Below, one piece after another: positions 45,265 to 55,684 of a stretch of DNA of 55,684 nt. How positions within the stretch are numbered: position 1 is the stretch's first letter; every line of letters begins with the position of its first letter. Both the position numbers and the translations under genes were made by a program. The notes beneath the pieces are model-generated. The model searched no databases and had not been told where the DNA came from. It was given only the letters and a program-made list of their open reading frames with translations. The DNA comes from Dehalococcoidia bacterium (GTDB taxonomy: Bacteria; Chloroflexota; Dehalococcoidia; UBA2979). The stretch spans positions 889 through 56,572 of the forward strand of contig JBJHDC010000002.1 in the NCBI GenBank assembly GCA_050486345.1, read 5' to 3'.

Positions 45265-45813
45265 GTGGCTGCACAGCGTGAAATCGCCGGACGTCGCTAC
45301 GCAACCGCGATCCTCGAGATCGCGCGAGCGGATGGTGACCTGGATAGCTGGCTGGAAGCCATCGATGCGCTGGAAGGCCTCACGGACCGCACGTCCTACG
45401 TGGATGCCTTGCAGGGCGACGGCATGACCGACGAGCAATTCCAGGCAATCGTGCGCCGCGTCTATCCAGCAGCGACCACGAAGCAGGTGAACCTCTTCCG
45501 GCTGTTGCGCCGGAAGTCTCGTCTGTCGCTTGGGCCGTCGATCGCAGCCTTCTTCCGCGAGATGGTGGATGTGGAGCGTGGCGTCGTTCGCGCGACGGTC
45601 ACCTCAGCGGTGGAGCTGGACGATGCACGGCGCGCGGCGCTGCTGCAGCGCCTCAGTGAGGAGACCGGTCAGGAAGTGGTGCTGGAAGAGCGCGTGGATC
45701 CGGAGCTGCTGGGCGGCCTGGTGATTCGCGTGGGCGATCGTCTGATGGACGGGTCCGCTCGCAGCCGGCTCCGGGACCTCCGGTCGCGGTTGGAACAGGC
45801 GTCAATCGCCTAG
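45265..45813 (+). CDS. atpH: F0F1 ATP synthase subunit delta
   Basis: GTG directly after the atpF stop. OSCP-like sequence ending GGLVIRVGDRLMDGSARSRL. Confidence 0.8.
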   Translation: MAAQREIAGRRYATAILEIARADGDLDSWLEAIDALEGLTDRTSYVDALQGDGMTDEQFQAIVRRVYPAATTKQVNLFRLLRRKSRLSLGPSIAAFFREMVDVERGVVRATVTSAVELDDARRAALLQRLSEETGQEVVLEERVDPELLGGLVIRVGDRLMDGSARSRLRDLRSRLEQASIA

Positions 45814-45916
45814 CGCGTCACTGACGCGTGCATACTGAATGAGCGCCGTCTGCGGGCGGCGCCACTGAAAGAATCTGAGCGCCGCATCACGCGGCAGGAC
45901 ACATCGAGGTAGTGCG

Positions 45917-47446
45917 ATGGCCGTACGAGCTGAAGAGATCGCTTCCATCCTGAAGGAGCAGATCGAAAACTTCGACGCGATGACGACGGAAACGAACGTC
46001 GGCACCGTCATCGAAGCCGGTGACGGGATCGCACGGATCCACGGCCTGGGTCAGTGCCTCGCATCGGAACTCGTGGAGTTCAGCGTCACTGACGAGTTCG
46101 GCCGGCCCATCCGCGGCCTCGCGCTGAACCTCGAGGAAGAGACCGTCGGCGCCATCGTCATGGGTGACTACACCCGTGTGAAGGAAGGCGACGAGGTCCG
46201 TACCACCGGCGAGGTCGCCTCGGTCCCCGTGGGTGAGGCGCTCATCGGCCGTGTGGTGAACGCCCTGGGCGACCCGCTGGACGAAAAGGGCCCGATCAAC
46301 GCTGCTGAGCGCTACCCCGTGGAACGTATCGCACCAGACGTGGTGAACCGCGTCACGGTGAACCAGCCGCTCCAGACCGGCATCAAGGCCATCGACGCGA
46401 TGATCCCGATCGGCCGCGGCCAGCGTGAGCTCATCATTGGTGACCGCTCCATCGGCAAGAGCGCGATTGCCATCGACGCGATCATCAACCAGAAGAACAG
46501 CGACGTGATTTGCATCTACGTTGCTGTTGGCCAGAAGGAAGCAAAGGTCGCGCAGCTCGCCGCCATCCTCGAAGAGAACGACGCGATGGGACACACCATC
46601 GTGGTCAGCGCGGCGGCGTCCGAATCGGCCGCACAGCAGTACCTGGCTCCGTACGCTGGCGCCGCCATGTCCGAGTACTTCATGGCCAAGGGCCGCGACG
46701 TGCTCATCGTGTACGACGACCTCTCCAAGCACGCCTGGGCGTACCGAGAGGTGTCTCTGCTGCTTCGCCGCCCGCCGGGACGTGAGGCGTACCCGGGCGA
46801 CGTCTTCTACCTCCACTCTCGCCTGCTGGAGCGCGCCGCGCGCGTGACCGAGGAGCTGGGTGGCGGTTCCGTGACCGCGCTGCCAATCATCGAGACGCAG
46901 GCCGGCGACGTCTCCGCGTACATTCCGACTAACGTAATCTCCATCACGGACGGCCAGATCTTCCTGGAGCTGGACCTGTTCAACGCCGGTATTCGACCGG
47001 CCACGAACCCCGGTATCTCCGTCTCCCGCGTGGGCGGCACCGCCCAGACGCGCGCGATGAAGCGCGTCGCCGGTACGCTCCGCATCGACCTCTCCCAGTA
47101 CCGCGAGCTGCAGGCCTTCGCGCAGTTCGGTACGGAAGACCTGGACGCATCTACCCGGCGTCAGCTGCTGCGAGGCGCGCGCCTCACGGAGTTGCTGAAG
47201 CAGCCGCAGTACCAGCCGCTGACCCTCGGTCAGCAGGTATCGATCCTGTACGCCGGTGTGAACGGCTACCTGGACGACGTGCCTGTGGAGAAGGTGCTCG
47301 ACTTCGAGCAGGCGTACCACGAGTACATGGGCGCCGGGAACGCGGACCTGCTGAAGCGCATCACCGACAGCGGTGACCTGGTTGAAGACGACGAGAACGC
47401 CCTGAAGCAGGCGATCGAGGACTTCAAGGCATCGGTGGCCTACTAG
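45917..47446 (+). CDS. atpA: F0F1 ATP synthase subunit alpha
   Basis: [12 protein letters not shown]-loop and strongly conserved alpha-subunit sequence throughout. Confidence 0.97.
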   Translation: MAVRAEEIASILKEQIENFDAMTTETNVGTVIEAGDGIARIHGLGQCLASELVEFSVTDEFGRPIRGLALNLEEETVGAIVMGDYTRVKEGDEVRTTGEVASVPVGEALIGRVVNALGDPLDEKGPINAAERYPVERIAPDVVNRVTVNQPLQTGIKAIDAMIPIGRGQRELIIGDRSIGKSAIAIDAIINQKNSDVICIYVAVGQKEAKVAQLAAILEENDAMGHTIVVSAAASESAAQQYLAPYAGAAMSEYFMAKGRDVLIVYDDLSKHAWAYREVSLLLRRPPGREAYPGDVFYLHSRLLERAARVTEELGGGSVTALPIIETQAGDVSAYIPTNVISITDGQIFLELDLFNAGIRPATNPGISVSRVGGTAQTRAMKRVAGTLRIDLSQYRELQAFAQFGTEDLDASTRRQLLRGARLTELLKQPQYQPLTLGQQVSILYAGVNGYLDDVPVEKVLDFEQAYHEYMGAGNADLLKRITDSGDLVEDDENALKQAIEDFKASVAY

Positions 47447-47554
47447 GGCCTGAAGTAGGGGCTGCGAGAGCATCCCAACGGGAACGACGATCGTACCGAG
47501 CATCTCCGGTGGCATGACCACTTGGAGGGGCGCAGGTAAGGAAGACGTGTAGCG

Positions 47555-49899
<2,345 letters not shown>

Positions 49900-49972
49900 C
49901 AGTACGCGACGAGTGACCCGGGGCGATCGGCGCAGGCTGATCGCCACCACACTCGCAAGGAAGTGAAGCAGG

Positions 49973-50416
49973 ATGAAGCTGACCATCGTCACGGCACAGC
50001 GAACCGCGCTTGAGCGGGACGACGTCACCAAGCTCGTCGTGCCGGCGGCTGATGGTCAGATCACGATCCTGCCAAACCACGCCGCGCTCATGTCCAGCCT
50101 CACCATGGGTGAAATGGTGGTGCACACCGAAAGCGGCGGAGCCATTCCGCTCGCCATTCACGGCGGATTCATCCAGGTCGTCCACAATGAGATCAGCGTC
50201 CTTGCTGACGCCGCCGAAAGCGCTGAGGATATTGATATCGAGCGTGCGGAGGCGGCCCGCAGGCGCGCTGAGGCACGCCTGAGCGGCGTCGACCGCCCCG
50301 AGAGCGGCCTCGATGTCATGCGCGCCCAGCTGGCCCTCCAGCGCTCCCTCGTGCGCCTCCGCGTCTCCCGCCGCCGCGCGGGTGGTGCGACGGGCGTGCC
50401 GTCGAGCCGGCCGTAG
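49973..50416 (+). CDS. atpC: F0F1 ATP synthase subunit epsilon
   Basis: Last gene of the operon. N-terminal beta-sandwich (LPNHAALMSSL) and a C-terminal helical hairpin. Confidence 0.9.
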   Translation: MKLTIVTAQRTALERDDVTKLVVPAADGQITILPNHAALMSSLTMGEMVVHTESGGAIPLAIHGGFIQVVHNEISVLADAAESAEDIDIERAEAARRRAEARLSGVDRPESGLDVMRAQLALQRSLVRLRVSRRRAGGATGVPSSRP

Positions 50417-50483
50417 CTCGAACTGCCCGACTACCGGTGAATTCGGCCCTTCGGTCTCCGAAAGCGCAAGAGACTGGCGCTCG

Positions 50484-51428
50484 CTAGAACCACTCCTGCT
50501 TGTTCACTTCGTTGATCAGAGGCTCACCGGCTTCGAAGCGGCGGCAGTTGTCGATCAGCAGATCGAGCCAGCGCTGCTGGTAACTGGCGCCGTAGATCGC
50601 CGTGTGCGGCGTGATCAGTACCCCCGGCATCGTCCACAGCGGGTGGCCGTCCGGCAGCGGCTCCGGGTCCACCACATCGAGGCCAGCCCCGGCGAGGTGC
50701 CCGGAGCGAAGCGCCTCCACCAGGTCGTCCGTCACCACGAGCACGCCACGGCTGATGTTGATCAGGTAGGCGCCCTGCTTCATCTTCGCCAGCCGCTCCG
50801 CGTTGAACATGTCAGTCGTCTCGGGAGTCTCCGGCGCCGTGATGAGCACGAAGTCCACGTCGCTAATGTGCTCGTCAATGGCCTCGGACGGGTAGACGGC
50901 TGTGAAGCCCTCAGGCGTGTCAGTCGTGCGAGGATCCACGCCAATCACGCGCATCCCGAAGGCGGCGCAGAGGCGGCCTGCCTCCCGCCCGGATCCGCCG
51001 ACACCAACAACCAGCGCGGACATGGAGCCGAGGTCGAGCATCGGCTGGCGCTCGCGCGCCCACGTGGCCTGCGCCTGCAGCGGCAGGTAGTGATCAAAGC
51101 GGCGCGCGAAGGCGAGCACGAATCCCATGATGTGACCGGCCAGATGCTCGTTGTAAGAACCGTGCATCCCGGTGACACGCACGTCGCTGTTCACCAGGTC
51201 GTCATAGAACCACGCCCGTCCGAGGCCGGCGCGAGCAGCCTGAATCCAGCGCAGCTGCTTCGCGTGCGGGAAGACCTCGGGCGGTACCGTGCCGAAGGCG
51301 GCATCGGCGTCTTCGATGTCCTCGGAACGTTCGTAGATCGCGATCTCCCACCCGGGGAGTGCCTCGCGCAGGGCTTCAGGCCATCCGGGGCGAGGATCGG
51401 GTGGCATCAGGACCAGCTTCAGACTCAT
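50484..51428 (-). CDS. D-2-hydroxyacid dehydrogenase family (NAD-binding) protein
   Basis: GVGGSGREAGRL Rossmann motif, INISRG, GAGLDVVDPEPLP..HPLW...ITPH catalytic region. Confidence 0.8.
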   Translation of the reverse strand: MSLKLVLMPPDPRPGWPEALREALPGWEIAIYERSEDIEDADAAFGTVPPEVFPHAKQLRWIQAARAGLGRAWFYDDLVNSDVRVTGMHGSYNEHLAGHIMGFVLAFARRFDHYLPLQAQATWARERQPMLDLGSMSALVVGVGGSGREAGRLCAAFGMRVIGVDPRTTDTPEGFTAVYPSEAIDEHISDVDFVLITAPETPETTDMFNAERLAKMKQGAYLINISRGVLVVTDDLVEALRSGHLAGAGLDVVDPEPLPDGHPLWTMPGVLITPHTAIYGASYQQRWLDLLIDNCRRFEAGEPLINEVNKQEWF

Positions 51429-51515
51429 GCATTCACCTCCGTTCGGTCAGGATAGCGGCAGAATCTGCGCTGTGACCTCGCATCGCTGCGGGCCGCACCG
51501 TATCCTGAGAGGCGC

Positions 51516-52784
51516 ATGAGCGATGTACACGAGCGCTACGTGATCGATGGCGGGCGGCCGCTCCACGGGGAGGTCGCCGTTTCGGGATCCAAGAACGCCG
51601 CTCTGTACGCCGTCGCCGCCGGCCTGCTCACCGACGAGCAGGTGACACTCCGCAACGTCCCGCGCATCGCGGACATCGGGGAGATGGCGGCGCTCTGCCA
51701 GTCGGTCGGCTCCGAAGTCTCCATCGATGGCGACACCGTGCGCATGCGCACGCCGTCCTTCACGACCACCGCGCCGCCGGCAGACTTGGTGGCGAAGCTG
51801 CGCGCCTCATTCCTTGTGATGGGGCCGCTGCTAGCGCGCGCAGGCGAGGCCGCCTGTGCGCCCCCGGGTGGTGACGTAATCGGCTCGCGCCCACTCGATG
51901 TCCACTTCGCCGGCTTCCGCGCCCTGGGTGCGCACGTGACGCGCGAGGGAGGCCAGTGGCACGCAACCGCGTCCACGCTGCACGGCGCGCGCATCTTCTT
52001 CGATTACCCCAGCGTGCTGGGCACCGTGAACGTGATGTTCGCGGCCGTCCTCGCGCGCGGTCACAGCACGATCGTCAACGCCGCCCCTGAGCCAGAAGTA
52101 GCAATGGCGGCGGAGATGCTCAACGCAATGGGCGCCCGCATCACCGGCCATGGCACACCAACGATGGAGATCGACGGCGTGGAACGCCTGCACGGCGCGG
52201 AGCTGGAAGTGATTCCGGACCGCCTGGAGGCCGGTACATACCTCCTCGCTGCAACCGCTACGGGCGGCGACGTGCACGTCACCAACGCGGAGCCGACCCA
52301 TCTCGACAGCCTCATCGCGAAGCTGCGCGAACTGGGGATGGAGGTCTCCTGCGATGCTGGTGAGGGCATCCACGCCCGTGCCGCCGGGCCGCTCAAGGCG
52401 GTGCACGTACAGGCGGTCCCCTACCCCGGTTTCGCCACCGATCTCCATCCGCCCATGGCCGCCGCGATGACGCAGGCTGCGGGCATCTCCCTCGTGCACG
52501 AGCGCGTGTACGACAACCGCACCTTGTACGTGAACGAGCTACGCAAGATGGGCGCGCGCATCATCACGGCAGCCGATTCGGTGATCATCGAAGGCGGCGT
52601 GATGCTCTCGGGTGCCTCTGTCCGCGCGCTGGACATCCGTGCCGGCGCAGCAGTGGTCGTGGCCGCGCTGGCAGCGCAGGGTGAGAGCACCGTGCACGAC
52701 ATCGGCCACCTCGACCGCGGCTACACAGACCTCGATGGCCGCCTGACCGCTCTGGGCGCGGAGGTGCGGCGGGTGGGGGCGTAG
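51516..52784 (+). CDS. murA: UDP-N-acetylglucosamine 1-carboxyvinyltransferase
   Basis: GEVAVSGSKNAAL, the Cys loop region CAPPGGDVIGSRPLD, HLDRGY at the C-terminus. 422 aa. Confidence 0.95.
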   Translation: MSDVHERYVIDGGRPLHGEVAVSGSKNAALYAVAAGLLTDEQVTLRNVPRIADIGEMAALCQSVGSEVSIDGDTVRMRTPSFTTTAPPADLVAKLRASFLVMGPLLARAGEAACAPPGGDVIGSRPLDVHFAGFRALGAHVTREGGQWHATASTLHGARIFFDYPSVLGTVNVMFAAVLARGHSTIVNAAPEPEVAMAAEMLNAMGARITGHGTPTMEIDGVERLHGAELEVIPDRLEAGTYLLAATATGGDVHVTNAEPTHLDSLIAKLRELGMEVSCDAGEGIHARAAGPLKAVHVQAVPYPGFATDLHPPMAAAMTQAAGISLVHERVYDNRTLYVNELRKMGARIITAADSVIIEGGVMLSGASVRALDIRAGAAVVVAALAAQGESTVHDIGHLDRGYTDLDGRLTALGAEVRRVGA

Positions 52785-52808
52785 GGATCGGGAGCAGAGG
52801 GAATCTGA

Positions 52809-52845
52809 TCCCCTCCCCCGCTCGCGGGGGAGGGCTAGGGTGGGG
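52809..52845. repeat. left terminal inverted repeat / hairpin of the DUF559 cassette
   Basis: CCCCTCCCCCGCTCGCGGGGGAGGGCTAGGGTGGGGG. It contains a 10-bp self-hairpin, CCCTCCCCCG-CTCG-CGGGGGAGGG. The first 21 nt are the exact reverse complement of 53220-53240. Confidence 0.7.
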
Positions 52846-52868
52846 GCTCCGAGGGAGCAGGACGGCGC

Positions 52869-53264
52869 GTGGACTCAACGACATCCCAGGCCCGCGAACT
52901 CCGAAGGAATTCCACAGATGCGGAACGGCGACTCTGGGTCCAGCTCCGGGACCACAAGATCGGTGGCTATCGATTTCGGAGGCAGCGCCCCCTTGGTCGG
53001 TTCATCGTTGATTTCATCCGCCTCGATGCCTCGCTCGTAATCGAGGTGGACGGCAACCAGCACGCATCGCGAACCGCGTACGATACGGCGCGGACCCGTT
53101 GGATCGAGGCACGAGGCTACCGGGTCCTCCGGTTCTCGAATCGGGAAGTGCTCCAGGAGATGCAATCGGTGACGCAGGCTATCTGGAACGCTCTCCAGCA
53201 GAGCCCCCCCCCCAAACCACCCCCGCGAGCGGGGGAGGGGGAAGAATTGAAGCATGCTCAGTAA
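52869..53264 (+). CDS. DUF559 (Vsr-like endonuclease fold) domain-containing protein
   Basis: [16 protein letters not shown]...[17 protein letters not shown]...VIEVDGNQH...[13 protein letters not shown] matches the DUF559 family. The 3' tail is translated from the right repeat and overlaps mreB by 11 nt. Visibly more A/T-ending codons than its neighbours. Confidence 0.75.
   Translation: MDSTTSQARELRRNSTDAERRLWVQLRDHKIGGYRFRRQRPLGRFIVDFIRLDASLVIEVDGNQHASRTAYDTARTRWIEARGYRVLRFSNREVLQEMQSVTQAIWNALQQSPPPKPPPRAGEGEELKHAQ
53204..53241. repeat. right terminal inverted repeat of the DUF559 cassette
   Basis: CCCCCCCCCCAAACCACCCCCGCGAGCGGGGGAGGGGG. Positions 53220-53240 are the reverse complement of 52809-52829 (21/21), and the flanking G/C-rich tails are similar. 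Confidence 0.7.
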
Positions 53265-54291
53265 ACGCATCGGCATCGACCTGGGAACTGCGAACGTGCT
53301 CGTAGTGGAGCACGGGCGCGGCGTGGTGCTCGATGAGCCAGCGGTCGTGGCGATTGCCGAGCGCGACAATACCGTCGTGGCCGTCGGTGACGACGCCCAC
53401 GCGATGATCGGCCGGCACCCGGGCAGCATCCAGGTCATCCGCCCGATGCGTGACGGAGTCATCGCGGACTACCTCATCACCGAGGCGATGCTGCGCTACT
53501 TCATCGCGCGCGTGATCGGCCGCTTCAACATCGTGCGACCCGAAGTCATGATCTGTGTCCCCGTTGGGGTGACGCGGGTAGAGCAGCGCGCGGTCCGCGA
53601 TGCGGCGGAGGCCGCCGGCGCACGCCGCCCGGCGCACCTGATTCCGGAACCGCTGGCTGCTGCCATTGGTGCGGAGATTCCCGTGGGCAGCCCTCGGGGA
53701 CACATGGTGGTGGACATTGGCGGCGGACGGACAGAAGCGGCGGTCATCTCGCTCTTCGGCATCGTAGCCAGTGAGTCCGTCCGCGTCGGCGGCGACCGCC
53801 TGGACGACGCCATCGCACAGTACATCCGCCGCCGCCACAACCTCATCGTGGGTGAACGCACCGCCGAGGATGTGAAAATCGCCATCGGCGCGGCCGGACC
53901 GATGGAGGACGACCGCCAGGCCGGGGTCCGCGGTCGCGACCTGATCACCGGCCTGCCGCGCACGATCACCGTGCGCTCGTCCGAGGTGGCCCAGGCGATT
54001 TCGGAGCACCTCGGCACCATCGTGCAGACCGTGCGCCGCGTCCTGGAACAGACGCCGCCGGAGCTGGCCTCAGACGTGATCGATCGTGGCATCGTGCTCA
54101 CGGGGGGCACGGCGCAGCTGCCCGGACTGGACATCCTCCTGCGCGAGGAGTGTGGCGTGCCGGTGCACGTGGCGGAGGACCCGCTCCAGTGCGTCGCGAA
54201 AGGCGCTGCAGCGGCCCTCGACTACATCGAGGTCATCGAGCGCTCGCTGCCGACTGAGGAAGAATCGCTGATGGGTGAACTGACGCGGTAG
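53254..54291 (+). CDS. mreB: rod shape-determining protein MreB
   Basis: [12 protein letters not shown] start, actin-fold phosphate motifs ([21 protein letters not shown]). 345 aa. Confidence 0.93.
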   Translation: MLSKRIGIDLGTANVLVVEHGRGVVLDEPAVVAIAERDNTVVAVGDDAHAMIGRHPGSIQVIRPMRDGVIADYLITEAMLRYFIARVIGRFNIVRPEVMICVPVGVTRVEQRAVRDAAEAAGARRPAHLIPEPLAAAIGAEIPVGSPRGHMVVDIGGGRTEAAVISLFGIVASESVRVGGDRLDDAIAQYIRRRHNLIVGERTAEDVKIAIGAAGPMEDDRQAGVRGRDLITGLPRTITVRSSEVAQAISEHLGTIVQTVRRVLEQTPPELASDVIDRGIVLTGGTAQLPGLDILLREECGVPVHVAEDPLQCVAKGAAAALDYIEVIERSLPTEEESLMGELTR

Positions 54292-54311
54292 CCGGCAGTC
54301 AGTCCCCGCGC

Positions 54312-55031
54312 CTACTGGCTCGGGGCGGTGAGCTTCAGGTGGTAGGTCATGCTCTGAAGGAAGAGCACCGGGTTGATGTGGCGGATCTCAACGTGATCCG
54401 GCGCGTGCACCCGGTTAGGAGTGTAGTTGAGGATGGCGCGCACCCCGCCCGCCACCAGACGATCCACCACCCGCTGGGCGTACTCACCAGGCACCGCAAC
54501 AATGGCGATGTCAGCAGGCGATTCGCGCAGGTCATCCTCCAGGTGGTCAGAGTGGCGCACCACCTGCCCCTCGAGTTCGGTGCCCACCAGCTCCGGGCTC
54601 GCGTCATAGAGCGCCGCGATATCGAACCCCTGGCCGCTGAAACCGGGGTACGAGGCGATGGCGCGCCCGAGGCGACCGATGCCCACCACAATCACGCGCC
54701 AGCGAGTGTCCAGTCCCAGGATGCTGCGGAGTTCCTCCGTCAGGCGCGGGACGGAGTATCCACGGCCCTGCTTCCCGAAGCGCCCGAAGTAGGAGAGGTC
54801 TTTGCGGATCTGCGCCGGGGTGACGCTGAGCTCTTCGCCCAGTTCCTGCGAGGAGACCACGGCTCGGCCTTCTTGCTCCATGCGAGCAAGAAGCCGGTAG
54901 TAGAGCGGCAGGCGATCGATGACGACTTCGGGAATCTCGATCGGCAAGTGAGCGCCCCTGATCTGCTCCCTGTGGAGAGCCGGTCGTGCGTGTGAGGCGC
55001 GCTGGGGGATCGGTGAGCGCCGCAGATTCAA
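54312..55031 (-). CDS. rex: redox-sensing transcriptional repressor Rex
   Basis: RLPLYYRLL...ELSVTPAQIRKDLSYFG winged helix and VVGIGRLGRA Rossmann motif. The ATG at 55031 gives 239 aa. A TTG at 54947, 7 nt after an AGGGG motif, would give a more typical 211 aa. Confidence 0.85.
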   Translation of the reverse strand: MNLRRSPIPQRASHARPALHREQIRGAHLPIEIPEVVIDRLPLYYRLLARMEQEGRAVVSSQELGEELSVTPAQIRKDLSYFGRFGKQGRGYSVPRLTEELRSILGLDTRWRVIVVGIGRLGRAIASYPGFSGQGFDIAALYDASPELVGTELEGQVVRHSDHLEDDLRESPADIAIVAVPGEYAQRVVDRLVAGGVRAILNYTPNRVHAPDHVEIRHINPVLFLQSMTYHLKLTAPSQ

Positions 55032-55049
55032 TCATACCGCTCATGAGCA

Positions 55050-55068
55050 TTGGTGCAATTTCGCACAA
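55050..55068. promoter_or_regulatory. weak Rex-operator-like imperfect palindrome in the rex/FGE divergent region
   Basis: The minus strand reads TTGTGCGAAATTGCACCAA. Compared with the Rex-box consensus TTGTGAA-N4-TTCACAA, the left TTGTG is exact, the 8-nt spacing is kept, and the right half is CACCA. It lies in a locally AT-rich stretch. Confidence 0.2.
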
Positions 55069-55125
55069 TCTCATTACGCGCCTGCAGATCGAGGTTTGGC
55101 GGGTGTGGGTGTTAGCATCCGGCGC

Positions 55126-55684
55126 ATGGTGGTGGAAGCAGCGGACCCTCGCATCGCGCGTCTCGTCAGCAAGGGCGCTCGTGCCATCGCGCTCGTAGAG
55201 CTGGCGGGCGGCACCTTCACGATGGGATCGGACGGGCGCACCGATGAGTTGCCCGTGCGTCGGGTCCACGTGCATCCGTTCGCCGTGGCGATCACGCCGG
55301 TCACCAACGCCGAGTACGATGAGTTCCTGCGCGCCACCGGTCACGAAGACACCCCCTTCCGCGAAGACCCGGCCTTCTCGGCGCCCCTCCAGCCGGCAGC
55401 CGGGGTCTCCTGGTTCGATGCAGTAGCGTACTGCGAGTGGTTGAGCGACCTCCTCGGACGCCGCTGTCGCCTGCCCACGGAGGCTGAGCGGGAGTTCGCT
55501 GCTCGCGGTGGTGTGCCAGACGTGCGTTTCCCATGGGGAGATGAGCCCTGGGCCGATGGTGTGCACGCGCTGGGAGCCGCTGGTGGGCAGGCCCCGCATC
55601 CAGTCGGCACGACACCCCCGAATGGGTACGGCCTCTACCACATGGGCGACAACGTCCACGAGTGGTGTAGCGACTGGTACGGGC
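55126..55684 (+). CDS. formylglycine-generating enzyme (SUMF1/FGE-sulfatase domain) family protein, 3' end outside the window
   Basis: Not in the ORF track because it is open-ended. The frame with the ATG at 55126 reads ...VELAGGTFTMGSD...PVRRVHVHPFAVAITPVTNAEYDEFL...VSWFDAVAYCEWL...RLPTEAEREFAARGG...YGLYHMGDNVHEWCSDWYG, a classic FGE domain. The start is uncertain. Confidence 0.7.
   Translation, partial: MVVEAADPRIARLVSKGARAIALVELAGGTFTMGSDGRTDELPVRRVHVHPFAVAITPVTNAEYDEFLRATGHEDTPFREDPAFSAPLQPAAGVSWFDAVAYCEWLSDLLGRRCRLPTEAEREFAARGGVPDVRFPWGDEPWADGVHALGAAGGQAPHPVGTTPPNGYGLYHMGDNVHEWCSDWYG

Noticed and set aside
50417-50483. A terminator between convergent atpC and the 2-hydroxyacid dehydrogenase gene.
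   Set aside because: Only 5-bp stems (TTCGG-TCTC-CCGAA; GTCTC...GAGAC) and no U-tract. Too weak to report as a feature.

Overview
High-GC window (about two-thirds G+C by eye), densely coding, and almost entirely core metabolism and housekeeping. Gene content suggests a Chloroflexota/Thermomicrobia-like or other Terrabacteria genome: Rex, MreB, an atpZ-led F1Fo operon, F420-type enzymes and 'PELVEG/SLSKD'-type palindromic repeats. This taxon guess is inference only.

I support about 56 CDS:
- a fatty-acid oxidation / electron-transfer cluster (two enoyl-CoA hydratases, acyl-CoA synthetase, an EtfD-type membrane Fe-S oxidoreductase, etfB, etfA);
- an orphan CbbQ/NorQ-type AAA+ ATPase with a 1103-aa VWA partner;
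- a MoxR-DUF58-DUF4129 operon;
- murI-pyrF;
- the complete atpZ-B-E-F-H-A-G-D-C operon;
- murA, mreB, rex, ilvE, coaE, cinA.

I found no rRNA, tRNA, CRISPR array, transposase, integrase or recognisable defence island, and no convincing undescribed multi-gene system.

The items most worth a second look are:
1. a roughly 430-bp DUF559 (Vsr-like endonuclease) cassette, bounded by perfect 21-nt inverted repeats, wedged between murA and mreB;
2. the orphan AAA+/VWA pair, whose VWA protein carries about eight tandem 36-40-aa helical repeats;
3. two translationally coupled small paralogous ORFs inside the beta-oxidation cluster;
4. a membrane-anchored Rieske-like protein lacking the cluster ligands;
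5. signal-peptide-like extensions on ATP synthase subunits c and b;
6. REP-like palindromic elements.

All family assignments come from motif recognition by eye, with no searches run. Many very long track ORFs are antisense or overprinted artefacts of high GC.
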